A program made the translations under genes and the position numbers. Shown one piece after another: positions 33,215-53,409 of a stretch of 64,000 nt of DNA. The notes under the pieces are model-generated. The model did not search any database and was not told where the DNA came from. It was given only the letters and a program-made list of their open reading frames with translations. Numbering within the stretch: the first letter of the stretch is position 1; each line of letters begins with the position of its first letter. The stretch is from Macrostomum lignano (Eukaryota), in assembly GCA_002269645.1 (NCBI GenBank), contig NIVC01001639.1, positions 154,201 to 218,200 of the forward strand, read 5' to 3'.

Positions 33215-33480
33215 TTGGTAGCTAACCCGGAATTTAAACTGGTGGTTAACCTGGTAGCTAACCCGGAATTTAAACTGGTGGTAAACCTGGTAGCTAACCC
33301 GGAATTTAAACTGGTGGTAAACCTGGTAGCTAACCCGGAATTTAAACTGATGGTAAACCTGGTAGCTTACCCGGAATTTAAACTGGTGGTAAACCTGGTA
33401 GCTAACCCGGAATTTAAACTGATGGTAAACCTGGTAGCTTACCCGAATTTAAACTGGTAGTTTACATGGTGGTTAACCTG
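33215..33480. repeat. 36-bp minisatellite (ctggtggtaaacctggtagctaacccggaatttaaa)
   Basis: Direct inspection; 3' of the MAP3K4 stop. Confidence 0.9.
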
Positions 33481-34244
33481 GTAGTTTACCTGGTGGTTGG
33501 TTTGCCTGATGGTTAGTTTACCTGGTGGTTAACCTGGTAGTTTTCCTGGTAGTTTATCTTGTTGTTCACCTGGGTAGTTCACCGTGTGGTTCTTCTGGTA
33601 GTTCATAAATCCCTTTTTAGTTAACCTAAAATTAGTCACTAGGTGTAGGTTCACCTGGGACCAGTTCCAGAAGACAATTTAACAATACGCTGTCAATCAC
33701 TGAGCATGACAGATGTCGGAGCTGTCGCTATGTCGGTGTTCACCTGTTATTTCAGTTCAACCAGGGTGTGTCTGTCTATCATTATGCGCCAGTTTTTATC
33801 AATGTTGCAACCAGTGATGGTATGACTTACTATCATTCAAGTTTGTACAGTCGCTCAACAATCAAGAAGTCTGCATCTCTTGACTACAAAACAACCAAAA
33901 CATGCCCAATACTAAACTTGATTGTTTTTAGCACCAATTTTTATTTGCCTGTCCGTCTCAACTCACCTGACCAGTAAGATTTATCATTTTATTGCCAATA
34001 ATTTTAACAGATTAAAAAAATATTTATTGCAATAATGATTGCGTGAATTGAACAATTATGCGGTGTTTTGCTTGTTATTTTGTTTTCTTCCGATTTTCCA
34101 TATGTTAATCTCTGCTGAAATATAAATTATCGAATACAAAACTAATATTTTTATCTGAAAAAATTCAAGTAGTCTTCACTATTTTTATGTATTTTCATAC
34201 CGGGTTTTTGAAAATCAAATTCAGCAATCTCTTTCAAGAGCTTG

Positions 34245-35100
34245 TGATTCTCATGTGCTTGGTGTGAATCTCGTGTGCTTGGTGTGATTTTCATGTGCTT
34301 GGTGTGAATCTCGTGTGCTTGGTGTGATTTTCATGTGCTTGGTGTGATTCTCATGTACTTGGTGTGATTCTCATGTACTTGGTGTGATTCTCATGTGCTT
34401 GGTGTGATTCTCATGTGCTTGGTGTGATTCTCATGTGCTGGATGTGATTCTCATGTGCTTGGTGTGATTCTCATGTGCTTGGTTTGATTTTCATGTACTT
34501 GGTGTGATTCTCATGTACTTGGTGTGATTCTCATGTGCTTGGTGTGATTCTCATGTGCTTGGTGTGATTCTCATGTGCTTGGTGTGATTCTCATGTGCTT
34601 GGTGTGATTCTCATGTACTTGGTGTGATTTTCATGTGCTTGGTGTGATTCTCATGTGCTGGATGTGATTCTCATGTGCTTGGTTTGATTTTCATGTACTT
34701 GGTGTGATTCTCATGTACTTGGTGTGATTCTCATGTACTTGGTGTGATTCTCATGTGCTTGGTGTGATTCTCATGTGCTTGGTGTGATTCTCATGTGCTT
34801 GGTGTGATTCTCATGTACTTGGTGTGATTTTCATGTGCTTGGTGTGATTCTCATGTGCTGGATGTGATTCTCATGTGCTTATTGTGATTCTCATGTACTT
34901 GGTGTGATTATCATGTACTTGGTGTGATTCTCATGTGCTTATTGTGATTCTCATGTGCTTGGTGTGATTCTCATGTGCTTGGTGTGATTCTCATGTACTT
35001 GGTGTGATTCTCATGTGCTTGGTGTGATTCTCATGTACTTGGTGTGATTCTCATGTGCTTGGTGTGATTCTCATGTACTTAGTGTGGTTTTTATGTGCTT
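34245..35100. repeat. 20-bp minisatellite (tctcatgtgcttggtgtgat)
   Basis: Direct inspection. Confidence 0.97.
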
Positions 35101-35599
35101 GGTGGGACTGAGATGGACAAGGTGGAGTGGAGTGACAGATCTGTCTGTAAGAGACTGCTACAGTCATTGTGCAGCTGAGCTTGCAAGATCAGGTGCAACT
35201 GGCTCTCGGAATTCCCCAGGGCTCAATAAGTGACTCTGCTCGCTCGGAGACTGAAGTAATGCATTTTTGTCCACCCTTCAAAGTGAGTCTTGAGCATTGT
35301 GTGAAAAGAATTGTTACTGCGATCAGCAGCTTGGCGAAAGTAATAAAGCCTGTGGTTTACAATTATTTTATGACTGGAGCATCGTTAAATTAGCTTTCAA
35401 TAATTGCCTCCCATTCTTTAAACTTTTTTAGGGTCTTAAGAGATTAGGATTTTCTGTAGACCGACTGTGTGTCGCCTTTGCTTGTTGCAAAACCCGATTA
35501 ACACAGCGCAAGCCGTGGCTCTGTTTTTTGAAGTAACTTATTAACTGGTGACTTTTAGTGAAAGAATTTCTTGGAAAGCTTAATAAATTCAGCGGGAAA

Positions 35600-36130
35600 T
35601 TCTCACAGACACGGGCGCCAACCCTCACAGACACGGGCGCCAACCCTCAGAGACATGGGTGCCAACCCTCACAGACAGGGGCGCCAGCCCTCACAGACAG
35701 GCGCCAACCCTCACAGACAGGCGCCAACCCTCACAGACAGGGGCGCCAGCCCTCACAGACAGGGGCCAACCCTCACAGACAGGGGCGCCAGCCCTCACAG
35801 ACAGGCGCCAACCCTCACAGACAGGCGCCAACCCTCACAGACAGGGGCGCCAGCCCTCACAGACAGGGGCCAACCCTCACAGACAGGGGCGCCAGCCCTC
35901 ACAGACAGGCGCCAACCCTCACAGACAGGGGCGCCAGCCCTCACAGACAGGGGCCAACCCTCACAGACAGGGGCCAACCCTCACAGACAGGCGCCAACCC
36001 TCACAGACAGGGGCGCCAGCCCTCACAGACAGGGGCCAACCCTCACAGACAGGGGCGCCAGTCCTCACAGACAGGGGCCAACCCTCACAGACACGGGCGC
36101 CAACCCTCACAGACACGGGCGCCAACCCTG
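35600..36130. repeat. ~22-24-bp minisatellite (gccaaccctcacagacagggc)
   Basis: Direct inspection. Confidence 0.95.
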
Positions 36131-36788
36131 TAAAAAGCGGCGATCGAACCCCATCCTCCACATACAACTATTCTGCTGCATGTTTAAACTTTAAAAAAGT
36201 GTTTTTAACAAAGGGACTCTGAGCGGCACTTCTACACTGCGCTCGTGTAAAGGCTGCTGTGCGGTTTAGTTAAAACTACTTGTGCCAGGAAAGGCATGTA
36301 AATTCGGAGCCCCAGATACTCGGGGGGGGGGGGGCTCGACACTGCATACCGGATTAAAGCATGGATTTATCTATGCATAAATTACTGGCCCATGAGAGAT
36401 TGAGTTGCTTAGTCCCGTGTGTGCATGTGATGTTCATGCTCCGGTCAATACGGGACCCGCTCTGTTTTTGTCCCTTCATCAGGGGACAGAACAAACTTTT
36501 CTCTCACTCAGAGCCGCCCCACCGGAGGACGCGCGCAGCTGATCGAAAAAAGAAAGAAGAATCTTGTTGAACCCGGTTTGAGAGCTGCATGTCTGTAGAT
36601 AAGAGCCTTTTGACTCTTACGGGGATTTAGGATGTTGATTTCTTTCGAAGCGCGGTGTCCTTCATAATTATTGGTGTTCCGACGTCTTGACCGACGCTAA
36701 CAAAAATCGAAGTCGATATTTCTAATGATTAGAAGTTCAGTTCTGAATATAGTTTTCAATAGCAAAGATCGGTAACTGCGTTGGCTGT

Positions 36789-38716
36789 TCACTGCAGCAG
36801 CTCGTTGACCATCAGACGCAGGAAGGCGCGGTCCCTCTCGCAAAGCTGCCCAGCCTTGGCCGCACGCTGAAAGCGGGATGGGGGGCAACTGAGCTGCAGA
36901 GCAGACATGACAGCGGTGGGTGGAGCAGCCGCTAGATGAATCATTGTGATGGAAAACAGAGTTTGCTAAAACTGACTTTTTTCTCCTGGTCTCCAACCAG
37001 TAACAAGCAAGAACTTCCGTCTTCCACACCCGATGGTGTCCGCTGGCGTTGCTAGCGCGCTCATTAAATTAATAATTAGCTGCTTGCGGCGCGCTATTGT
37101 CTTCAATTCTCGCGCACGGACTACTCAAGCACGCGCCTCCCGTGTCTTGCAAGTTTAATTGAAGGCAGCAAGCTTTTGTTGCGAGCCGAGGGCTTCAGCC
37201 CTGCAACTGAGCTCTGAGCGTTTTCCCACCTTCTACTGGACATGCGGCCGAGAATTCGTGGACAATTAAAGCGGGAGGGTCTCACACTTGGGAATTGAGC
37301 AATTTCAATGAGAAAATACGTAGAATGGAAGCTTTCAGTTTCTACATGTAAATTTATGACTCTCTTTCCAGTAGGAACTAGGTTTTTAAAAATTTTATTG
37401 ATGCAACAGTTTTATGAAAATGCAGGCAGGGCTGCGGGCACCCCGGTAACATTTTCCTTCGGTGACATCGTCCTTCGGTGACATCGTCCTTCGGTGACAT
37501 TGTCCTTCGGTGACATCGTCCTTCGGTGACATCGTCCTTCGGTGACATCGTCTTTTGGTGACATCGTCTTTCAGTGACATCGTCCTTCGGGGACATCGTC
37601 CTTCGGTGACATAGTCCTTCGGTGACATCGTCTTTCGGTAACATTTTCCTTCGGTGACATCGTCCTTCGGTGACATCGTCCTTCGGTGACATCGTCCTTC
37701 GGTGACATCGTCCTTCGGTGACATCGTCCTTCGGTGACATCGTCTTTTGGTGACATCGTCTTTCAGTGACATCGTCTTTCAGTGACATCGTCCTTCGGGG
37801 ACATCGTCCTTCGGTGACATCGTCCTTCGGTGACATCGTCCTTCGGTGACATAGTCCTTCGGTAACATCGTCCTTCGGTGACATCGTCCTTCGGTGACAT
37901 AGTCCTTCGGTGACATCGTCTTTCGGTAACATTTTCCTTCGGTGACATCGTCCTTCGGTGACATCGTCCTTCGGTGACATCGTCCTTCGGTGACATCACA
38001 ATACTGTACGCAGGCACGCACTCGTACACGCGCTCACACAGGGTGTACATGAGCTGGGGGTTGGCTCTCTTAGCTGTGAACCGCACGAACCCCCGCCCGG
38101 CCAATTTTAGTTCACAAGCCTTAAATGAATCGAACGGAATCGAACCAGGGGTTCGTAGCGCGAGATTCAGCCGCGTTCACCGCTGAGCTGCTCTGCCCCC
38201 CCCCCCATCGTCCATCTAATTTAGTTGTCCATGGCAGGTCCCCAGTACCACAGTCAGTCACCGAGTCCATCAACTCACAACAGCTGCCATCACGGCCGCC
38301 GCAGAGTCCGGATCGATGCTGCACACCTCTTCGGCCGACGGGCGACGGCGCAGCCTGAAGAAGTGGAAGCCTTTCTTGAAGCGGACCGGCTCGTGGCGGC
38401 TGGCGGCGGCGGCAAAGTCGGAGTCGGCGGCCGGCGGAGCGGCAGCGGCGGCGCCTGCAAAGAGTCATGTTCACAAAGTCATGTTCACAAAGTCATGTTC
38501 TAAACTGTTCACACAGCCACTGTTCACACAGCTACTGTTCACAGTCCCTACTCACAGCCCCTTGGTGCTGGCACCCCTTCCCCAATAAAAGCTCCCCTGA
38601 CCCCAAGTCAATGTCGGCAAAGTGTGAATCAGTCGGAGCAGCTCACCAGAAGCGCAGCAGGCGAGTCCGGTAGCCAGCAGTCCGGCAGCCAGCAGCAGGA
38701 TCGACAGTCGGTGCAT
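36789..38716 (-). CDS. Neuropeptide prohormone, 116 aa, 3 exons, predicted peptide GFHFFRL
   Basis: Exons 38716-38647 (70 nt, g|gtgagc), 38454-38279 (176 nt, ttgcag| ... |gtgagt), 36893-36789 (105 nt, ctgcag| ... TGA); phases 1 and 0 close. Protein MHRLSILLLAAGLLATGLACCASG-AAAAAPPAADSDFAAAASRHEPVRF-KK-GFHFFRL-RRR-PSAEEVCSIDPDSAAAVMAAVLSCPPSRFQRAAKAGQLCERDRAFLRLMVNELLQ. Confidence 0.8.
37455..37997. repeat. 16-bp minisatellite (ggtgacatcgtccttc) in prohormone intron 2
   Basis: Direct inspection. Confidence 0.97.
38000..38200 (-). mobile_element. tRNA-derived SINE-like copy
   Basis: Minus strand: A-box-like cagctcagcggt, B-box ggttcgattcc, then a body with ccaaccccca and tgtacaccctgtgtgag shared with the 57826-58226 copy. 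Confidence 0.55.
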
Positions 38717-39589
38717 CTTCTAGCAGTTCTTCAAATTTGAAAGAGGAGCGCAAATGTAATTGTCAAATGGCACTGAGTTCAAATCGGTTCAGTTTCAATA
38801 TTTCTCGAATTTCTCCCCGTCTCATTCCCGCGGTGTTTTCCAGCCTTTTCAGCCTTCTCCCAGGCGCAAAAAACTTGCCTTTAAAACTGCTCTTCATTTT
38901 CTCAAGCGCAGCTGCCTCCATCGCTGCCCCGGGGACTGAGACCCACTTGAGAATACTTTGCCAGCTCTGCTGCAGAAGCAGCTGCATGCTAAATTTGGCC
39001 ACAATGCAGTCACCGCATGCGCCTGGTCTCCTTGTTCTTGAGGCCATCGCAGCGGGTGCTTTCCCACCTGCTGCAGTGAAGAAGCAGCCCTTGATTAGCC
39101 AAGAAAAGATTCTTGACACAGGGAACAATTTCCCTACTAAAAAACAAGTCAGGACTGCTGTAACACCCTGCGTGAGCGACTGCGTGTTCCATGGTGATTC
39201 GCGCTTCTGGCGCCTTGAGTCCAACTTGGAAAGTTGTAAATCTCGGTGCCTACTCGTATCTGCTGCCTTCTTTTCACCTCAGATAATAAGATTTCGAAGC
39301 CACTCAGATACCAAACCAATGATTTAATGTCACCGCCTCTCACCTTTGAGATTTCGGCCGAAACAGTTGCAGAGCAAGCCGAACTCTTTCAATGAGGAAC
39401 AGAGCTCGCAGTTTTTTAAAATAATTTTCGCGCAACTGGGATGCTTCGGTCGGCTCTGCGGCTTTAAAACATTTTTACCTATGGGCAGCCGGCCCGCATA
39501 GGCCTACTCACTGCAGCATGGCCCGTTCATTGGTTAGCCAGTCTGCAGGCAGTGCAGTGCAGCCAACCAGGGTTGAAGCTATTTGGCAT

Positions 39590-40176
39590 CTCTGATGCTG
39601 TCATGAAGATGCTGTTATGAAGATGCTGTCATGAAGATGCTGTCTTGAAGATGCTGTCATGAAGATGCTGTCATGAAGATGCTGTTATGAAGATGCTGTT
39701 ATGAAGATGCTGTTATGAAGATGCTGTTATGAAGATGCTGTCATAAAGATGCTGTCATGAAGATGCTGTCATAAAGATGCTGTCATGAAGATGCTGTCAT
39801 GAAGATGCTGTCATGAATATGCTGTTATGAATATGCTGTTATGAAGATGCTGTCATGAAGATGCTGTCATGAAGATGCTGTTATGAAGATGCTGTCATGA
39901 AGATGCTGTCATGAAGATGCTGTCATGAAGATGCTGTCATGAAGATGCTGTCATGAAGATGCTGTCATGAAGATGCTGTCATGAAGATGCTGTCATGAAG
40001 ATGCTGTCATGAAGATGCTGTCATGAAGATGCTCTCATGAAGATGCTCTCATGAAGATGCTGTCATGAAGATGCTGTCATGAAGATGCTGTTATGAAGAT
40101 GCTCTCATGAAGATGCTGTTATGAAGATGCTGTCATGAAGATGCTGTCATGAAGATGCTGTCATGAAGATGCTGTT
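39590..40176. repeat. 14-bp satellite (gaagatgctgtcat), left part
   Basis: Direct inspection; resumes at 41876. Confidence 0.97.
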
Positions 40177-41875
40177 CAGGTACTACTCAAAAATCGGGAC
40201 AGGAAACTAGGCAAATTATGGCGAAGTTTTTACGAGGCTGGTTTGTTAGCAGCTGACGAGGCTGGCTGGCTTATTTGTATAGAGCGAGACTTTGTTGTCT
40301 ATGGTTATTTTTTATTATTTGAAGCTTGTGATACCGTTATTTCCACTGCAGTCTAGCAGGGATGCTTGCATTATATTATAGCAGCTAAGTTTCTGGCAGA
40401 CGCGTAGGACAAGCTCGATTTTTCTGCTTGTGTTGTTGGCATCAATGCCAAGAAAGTGCAGCGTTGTTGGCTGCAAGTCAAATTACGAGTCCGAACGATT
40501 AGCTACGAAAGTCCATCTGTTTCCGAAGGACTCGGTTGAGCGAGAGCGATGGAAAAAGGCCCTGCCGAACATCCTAGAGGTAGGCGCTATTTACTATAAG
40601 GTAAATTGTGCTAATATATTATATGCAATTTTTTCCTTTATTCCGCCTTTCAGTCCGTTACAGATCACATGGGAATCTGCGCCAAACACTGGCCACCGGA
40701 CACAACAATGGTGAAAAAGCGACGATTTGAGGCACCAAAGGATCCGCCTTCTATTCTCAATGGTGTTCCTCCGTGTCTGGTCCAGAACCAAGGTATGACT
40801 GTACTTTGAATACATTTAGACTTTAGCATTTGGTTCATATAATCTAAACTTCCTCAAAGTTGCCACCATAAATGTTTTTACATTTTAGAACGCAATAGAG
40901 ATGTGAAGACGAGAGGTGTTCTCTCTGACGCACGAGGTGGCTTAGCGGATAAATTAGAGGAGTTTCAGCTGAGCGACACCAAATGTTCGTGGAATGGTTT
41001 CTGTGACTCCGTACAGGACTCTGAAATAGTCAAACGCCACTCCTTAGTGGTTACATTTTTTCAGCAGGATTTATATATGTTTTCATTGGACTCCAATGGC
41101 GACATGCTTGTTTGATTATTTATTTCGCCAAATTTTGCTGTTTGCGCCTACATAATGCACACGCCAATTAGTGTTCGCGACCTACTTGGATTTCAACCCA
41201 CGCTGAAGTTTTGGTCGCAACTGGATGCAATTATCGTACGATGCAACAACTCAGAGTTTTCAGTTGAGAACGAGATTTCGTATCTCATGAAAAGCAACAT
41301 ATTCGCCATTGACAGCGCAGCGCTAGAGATTTCGAATCCAACTATTAAATTCTTGCTGGAACAGTTAAAGCTAACACTGGACTCACCGACTGCTCGCAGA
41401 TATAGCACTACTATCATCCGGAAGTCGGCCTTACTAAGACATCAACTCGCAGGAATGGGAATAGCCCCCGACTAATTGTATTTTTGGTGTGCTGTTACTA
41501 TCGCGGGAAAGCTACGGCACCCCAGAGTGGCTGTTTTCATTTCTAATTCTCTGCTACGCTACTTCACTGCCCACTCACCCGTTTGTGCAACGAGAGTGCA
41601 GGCACTATTTACAACTATAGCTGAAAATTTCTTCCATTACATTGACTTCAACGTCCAAGGTGTGGCACGAAGAGCAACAAACACATTCTTTAAGGGACTT
41701 GTCCGGAGATCATCGAAGGTGGCTCCATCATCCATCACCGTTCAAGAGAGAAAGACAAAAAACTAAATATTGAAATAGCTACTGCTGCATTGGCGCGGCC
41801 ATAGATTTAACCAGCCTCGTAAAAACTTCGCCATGATTTGCCTAGTTTCCCGTCCCGATGTTTGAGTAGTCCCTG
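40177..41875 (+). mobile_element. Internally deleted P-element-like DNA transposon encoding a THAP domain (1.7 kb)
   Basis: ~65-bp TIRs caggtactactcaaaaatcgggacaggaaactaggc... / ...gcctagtttcccgtcccgatgtttgagtagtccctg; 8-bp flanks atgctgtt / atgctgtc. Spliced ORF 40445-40579, 40654-40791, 40889-41475: THAP (MPRKCSVVGC...W...ICAKHW) plus FLLEQLKL...RRYS linker; one in-frame TGA at 41113; catalytic core absent. Confidence 0.85.
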
Positions 41876-42300
41876 ATGCTGTCATGAAGATGCTGTCATG
41901 AAGATGCTGTTATGAAGATGCTGTCATGAAGATGCTGTCATGAAGATGCTGTCATGAAGATGCTGTCATGAAGATGCTGTCATGAAGACGCTGTCATGAA
42001 GATGCTGTCATGAAGATGCTGTCATGAAGATGCTGTCATGAAGATGCTGTTATGAAGATGCTGTCATGAAGATGCTGTCATGAAGATGCTGTCATGAAGA
42101 TGCTGTCATAAATATGCTGTCAGAAAATGCAGTCATACAGACTCAGGTTATGAAGATTCTGTCATACAGACTCTTGTCATGAAGATGCTGTCATACAGAC
42201 TCTTGTCATGAAGATGCTGTCATACAGACTCTTGTTATGAAGATGCTGTCATACAGACTCTTTTCATGAAGATTCTGTCACACAGACTCTTGTTATGAAG
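41876..42300. repeat. 14-bp satellite (gaagatgctgtcat), right part, degrading into a longer variant unit
   Basis: Direct inspection. Confidence 0.95.
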
Positions 42301-42844
42301 ATGCTGCTGTCATTCAGATGTCATCCCGCAGACGATGCTGGCGTCATCACAGGAGTTCCGCTGCTCCAGCCGCCATCCAAAATTATTACATTGACATCCC
42401 ATAATTATCAGTAGATCTCAGAGACTTCTGATCTGTGTCAGTTGCTAGGCGGGCCTGTCAATGCAGCTAATTAAGGAATTCGAATCAACTCAATTCGAGT
42501 TCAGCCGAGGACAGGCTCAAACTGGGTAGTGAGCACCGCAGCGCGTCTTGATGCCAACATGTCAAATTTGTCAGGGAAATTGGCAAAATCGGCGCGAGAG
42601 ACGGGCGGTCACGCAAGTCGCGATTTGCAAAGGCAGTTTCTTTCTTGGAAAAATCTCAAAACTTACAATATGGGTTTTTGCTTTGTTTGCTGAAATATAG
42701 GCTGAGAAATGCATCTCCCAGTTCCGCTATTCTTTAGAACTGGTTTGGTTGCCATGGAAATCAGAAGCGATGTGGCTGGGAGCGATAGAACAAAACTTTA
42801 GTAGGAGAACATAAAAAGCTATGGGACTTGAGACAAGAACATTT

Positions 42845-43820
42845 AGGAGAGATCAGAGAGAGATCAGAGAGAGATCAGAGAGAGATCAGAGAGAGATCAG
42901 AGAGAGATCAGAGAGAGATCAGAGAGAGATCAGAGAGAGAGATCAGAGAGAGATCAGAGAGAGATCAGAGAGAGATCAGAGAGAGATCAGAGAGAGATCA
43001 GAGAGATCCGAGAGAGATCAGAGAGAGATCCGAGAGAGATCAGAGAGACATCAGGGAGAGATCAGAGAGAGAGATCAGAGAGAGATCAGAGAGAGATCAG
43101 AGAGAGATCAGAGAGATCAGAGAGAGATCAGAGAGAGATCAGAGAGATCAGAGAGGGATCAGAGAGAGATCAGAGAGAGATCAGAGAGAGATCAGAGAGA
43201 GATCAGAGAGAGATCAGAGAGTTCAGAGAGGGATCAGAGAGAGATCAGAGAGAGATCAGAGAGAGATCAGAGAGAGATCAGAGAGAGATCAGAGAGAGAC
43301 CAGAGAGAGATCCGAGAGAGATCAGAGAGGGATCAGAGAGAGATCAGAGAGAGATCAGAGAGAGATCAGAGAGAGATCAGAGAGAGATCAGAGAGAGATC
43401 AGAGAGAGATCAGAGAGAGAGAGATCAGAGAGAGATCAGAGAGAGAGAGATCAGAGAGAGATCAGAGAGAGATCAGAGCGAGATCAGAGAGAGATCAGAG
43501 AGAGATCAGAGAGAGATCAGAGAGAGATCAGAGAGAGATCAGAGAGAGATCAGAGAGAGATCAGAGAGAGAGAGAGAGATATCAGAGAGATATCAGAGAG
43601 AGATCAGAGAGAGATCAGAGAGAGATCAGAGAGAGATCAGAGAGAGATCAGAGAGAGATCAGAGAGAGATCAGAGAGAGATCAGAGAGAGATCAGAGATC
43701 AGAGAGAGATTAGAGCGAGATCAGAGAGAGATCAGAGAGAGATTAGAGAGAGATCAGAGAGAGATCAGAGAGAGATCAGAGAGAGATCAGAGAGAGATCA
43801 GAGAGAGATTAGAGATCAGA
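42845..43820. repeat. 11-bp purine-rich satellite (gatcagagaga)
   Basis: Direct inspection; source of the RDQREIRERSE ORFs. Confidence 0.97.
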
Positions 43821-44299
43821 GGTGGATAAGTGAGATCAGTGAGGCAAATTTGAGGCAGTAATCTAAAAATAGAATTTGGCAATTCTCAAAGGTAAACAAA
43901 GATTCCGAAAGAAAACAGTTTTGAGGCAGCGGAAGTTTCCCACCCACCTGTCTGTTTCCGTCAATCATTTCACGGATTGGGACATCCGCAAACTCGACAA
44001 GCCATCGGTGCTTTGCAGCTAAATTTGGATATTCAAACGACAAACTGAATCGGGAATTGCTTTGTCAACAAATTCTTGTCAAGAATTGGCACGAATTCAA
44101 ATTTGCAGACGAAGCCTGTCTCGCGAAGTGTCAATGCAACCGGCAGCTGCTGTTTTCAAATGCCTGCCGCTGAGTCCACAGACACCGCAGGCAGTCCGTT
44201 TCCAGGCGCTCCGAAAGAGATGCAGCTTCTCTCTGGAACCTTTTTCTCACGTCGGGTAAGCTAAATATTTGCCATTTTAGTTAGAAATTCCTTTTTTAA

Positions 44300-45125
44300 T
44301 CAATCTAGAAATTCCATTCATCCAGTGAGAAAATTCCTTCAAATAGAGAGAAATTCCTTTCTTCAGCAAGAGAGAAATTCCCTTCTTCAGCCAGAGAGAA
44401 ATTCCCCTTTTCAGCCAGAGAGAAATACCCCTTTTCAGCCAGAGATAAATTCCCCTTTTCAGCCAGAGAGAAATACCCCTTTTCAGCCAGAGAGAAATCC
44501 CCCTTTTCAGCCAGAGAGAAATACCCCTTTTCAGCCAGAGAGAAATTCCCCTTTTCAGCCAGAGAGAAATACCCCTTTTCAGCCAGAGAGAAATCCCCCT
44601 TTTCAGCCAGAGAGAAATTCCCCTCTTCAACCAGAGAGAAATACCCCTTTTCAGCCAGAGAGGAATTCCCCTTTTCAACCAGAGAGAGATTATTTTTTCA
44701 GCAATAGAGAAACTCCCCGTTTTTGTAAAGGAGAAATTCCCCTTTTCAGCCAGAGAGAAATTCCCTTCTTCAGCAAGAGAGAAATTGCCCTCTTCAACCA
44801 GAGAGAAATCCCCCTTTTCAACCAGAGGAAAATTCCCCTTTTCAGTAAGAGAGAAATTCCCCTCTTCATCCAGAGAGAAATTTTCTGTGTCAGAAAGAGA
44901 GGAATTCCCCTTTTCAACCAGAGAGAGCTTATTTTCTTCAGCAATAGAGAAACTCCCCGTTTTTGTAAAGGAGAAATTCCCCTTTTCAGCAAGAGAGAAA
45001 TTCCCTTCTTCAGCAAGAGAGAAATTCCCAGTTTTAGCAAGAGAGAAATTCCCCTTTTCAGCAAGAGAGAAATTCACTTTTCAGCAAGAATATGGATTCC
45101 CCGTACAGCAAGACAGAAATTCCCC
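44300..45125. repeat. 24-bp minisatellite (cagccagagagaaattcccctttt) with internal block duplication
   Basis: Direct inspection. Confidence 0.93.
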
Positions 45126-45670
45126 TGAAACTATAAATACTTCAGTTACACCAATTCAAAGTACATATTAAGTTGCAGTGCTTATATTTATTGACAGCAT
45201 ATTTATTGCGATAAAACAAATTCCAATTAAAGTAATCTTTAATGATGAAGGCATGGGATGGGGCAGACAGTGACTCAAAAACCATATCAAATTTTTTATT
45301 AATCTGGTTTGACTTTTTCAAGGGTCCCCCCTTATTTTTGGTTCAACAAAAATTCAAATAACTGGAAATGAATGCGTAAAAGTTGAATATTGAGTAACAA
45401 AACATGAAGAAGTTATGAATTGACTAAAAATTGCAAATCTAAAAATTGCTTTCAACCCTAGCATTACAACACTGCTAACTCAGTGTCGCCAGATGGAATA
45501 CAACAAAATTTAAATAACCTATTCGAAACGCGCATTAAAGTTAAATTAGAAAACCATTTTAGTTAAAATTTAAATTTCTTAACGGAGTTCTATTTTATTT
45601 GTCAATTCTTTTATATGGATAAATTTAAAAATTGAAATATGAATAATTTGTTTAATTTGTTCAGAAGCCA

Positions 45671-52624
<6,954 letters not shown>

Positions 52625-53409
52625 TCTTGATTTCCAACTTCTAGAAGAAGACACGACTATTAACAGCAAAATTCAGTAAATTCTGGCCCCTGGCTTTTCG
52701 CTTTGCCCGTAAAGGAACAGAAAAATGTACTATATATATGCACTGCAGGGCTGCGAAGACTAATTTCTATGCCTGCCTCTCCTCTCTCTCCTCTCATTTC
52801 CAGCTTTTTCAGTCAGCCAACTGCCGCCAAAAGCCGGGGGGGGGGGGGGGGTGCAGGGGTGCGGTTGACATGAATGCACACTGGCTGGCCCCCTCCCTCT
52901 CGCCCCCAGGGGCCGCTGGTTGCGCTTGTGTATAAAGCAGAGATCTACGCGGGTGGGGGTTGGCATCTACCACCTCCCATCTCCCTCTCTCCCTCTCCCT
53001 CTCTCCCTCGATATTCTCAGTACAACAGCTGTAGCAGAAAGAAGCAAATGACAAAGCGACACTGATAGAGAATGGAAGCGGTTTGCTAACCTGACTGACT
53101 GACTGAGTCAGACTGACTTTTTCAACATTGCCCTGGTGCGGGACTGGCTGGGGAGTGCAGGGGCCGGTGATAGACTGGCTGAACTCTCGCGCAGGTTGCA
53201 AAACAACAAGTTGTGAACTCGACAGTCGACAATGCGCACCTGCTATCTCAGTTCATACATGTAAAATTTCTTTGTGAGAACACGCGTGAAGGAAGGTCGG
53301 GTGGGATTGGCATACGCAAGGGCTGGTAGAGGACAGAGGGGGGTCTTCTACCAGTATTGCCTCAGAGTTTTGATACGAGAGTGCGAACTGCGCTAGGTAC
53401 AATGTGACA

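Noticed and set aside
38763-39343. 153-aa minus and 196-aa plus ORFs upstream of the prohormone
   Set aside because: No recognisable domain or convincing codon bias; more likely the promoter / 5' UTR of the neuropeptide gene
43925-44256. Possible Cys-rich exon (...ELLCQQILVKNWHEFKFADEACLAKCQCNRQLLFSNACR*) and donor gg|gtaagc
   Set aside because: No start or partner exon could be linked and no family was recognised; needs RNA evidence
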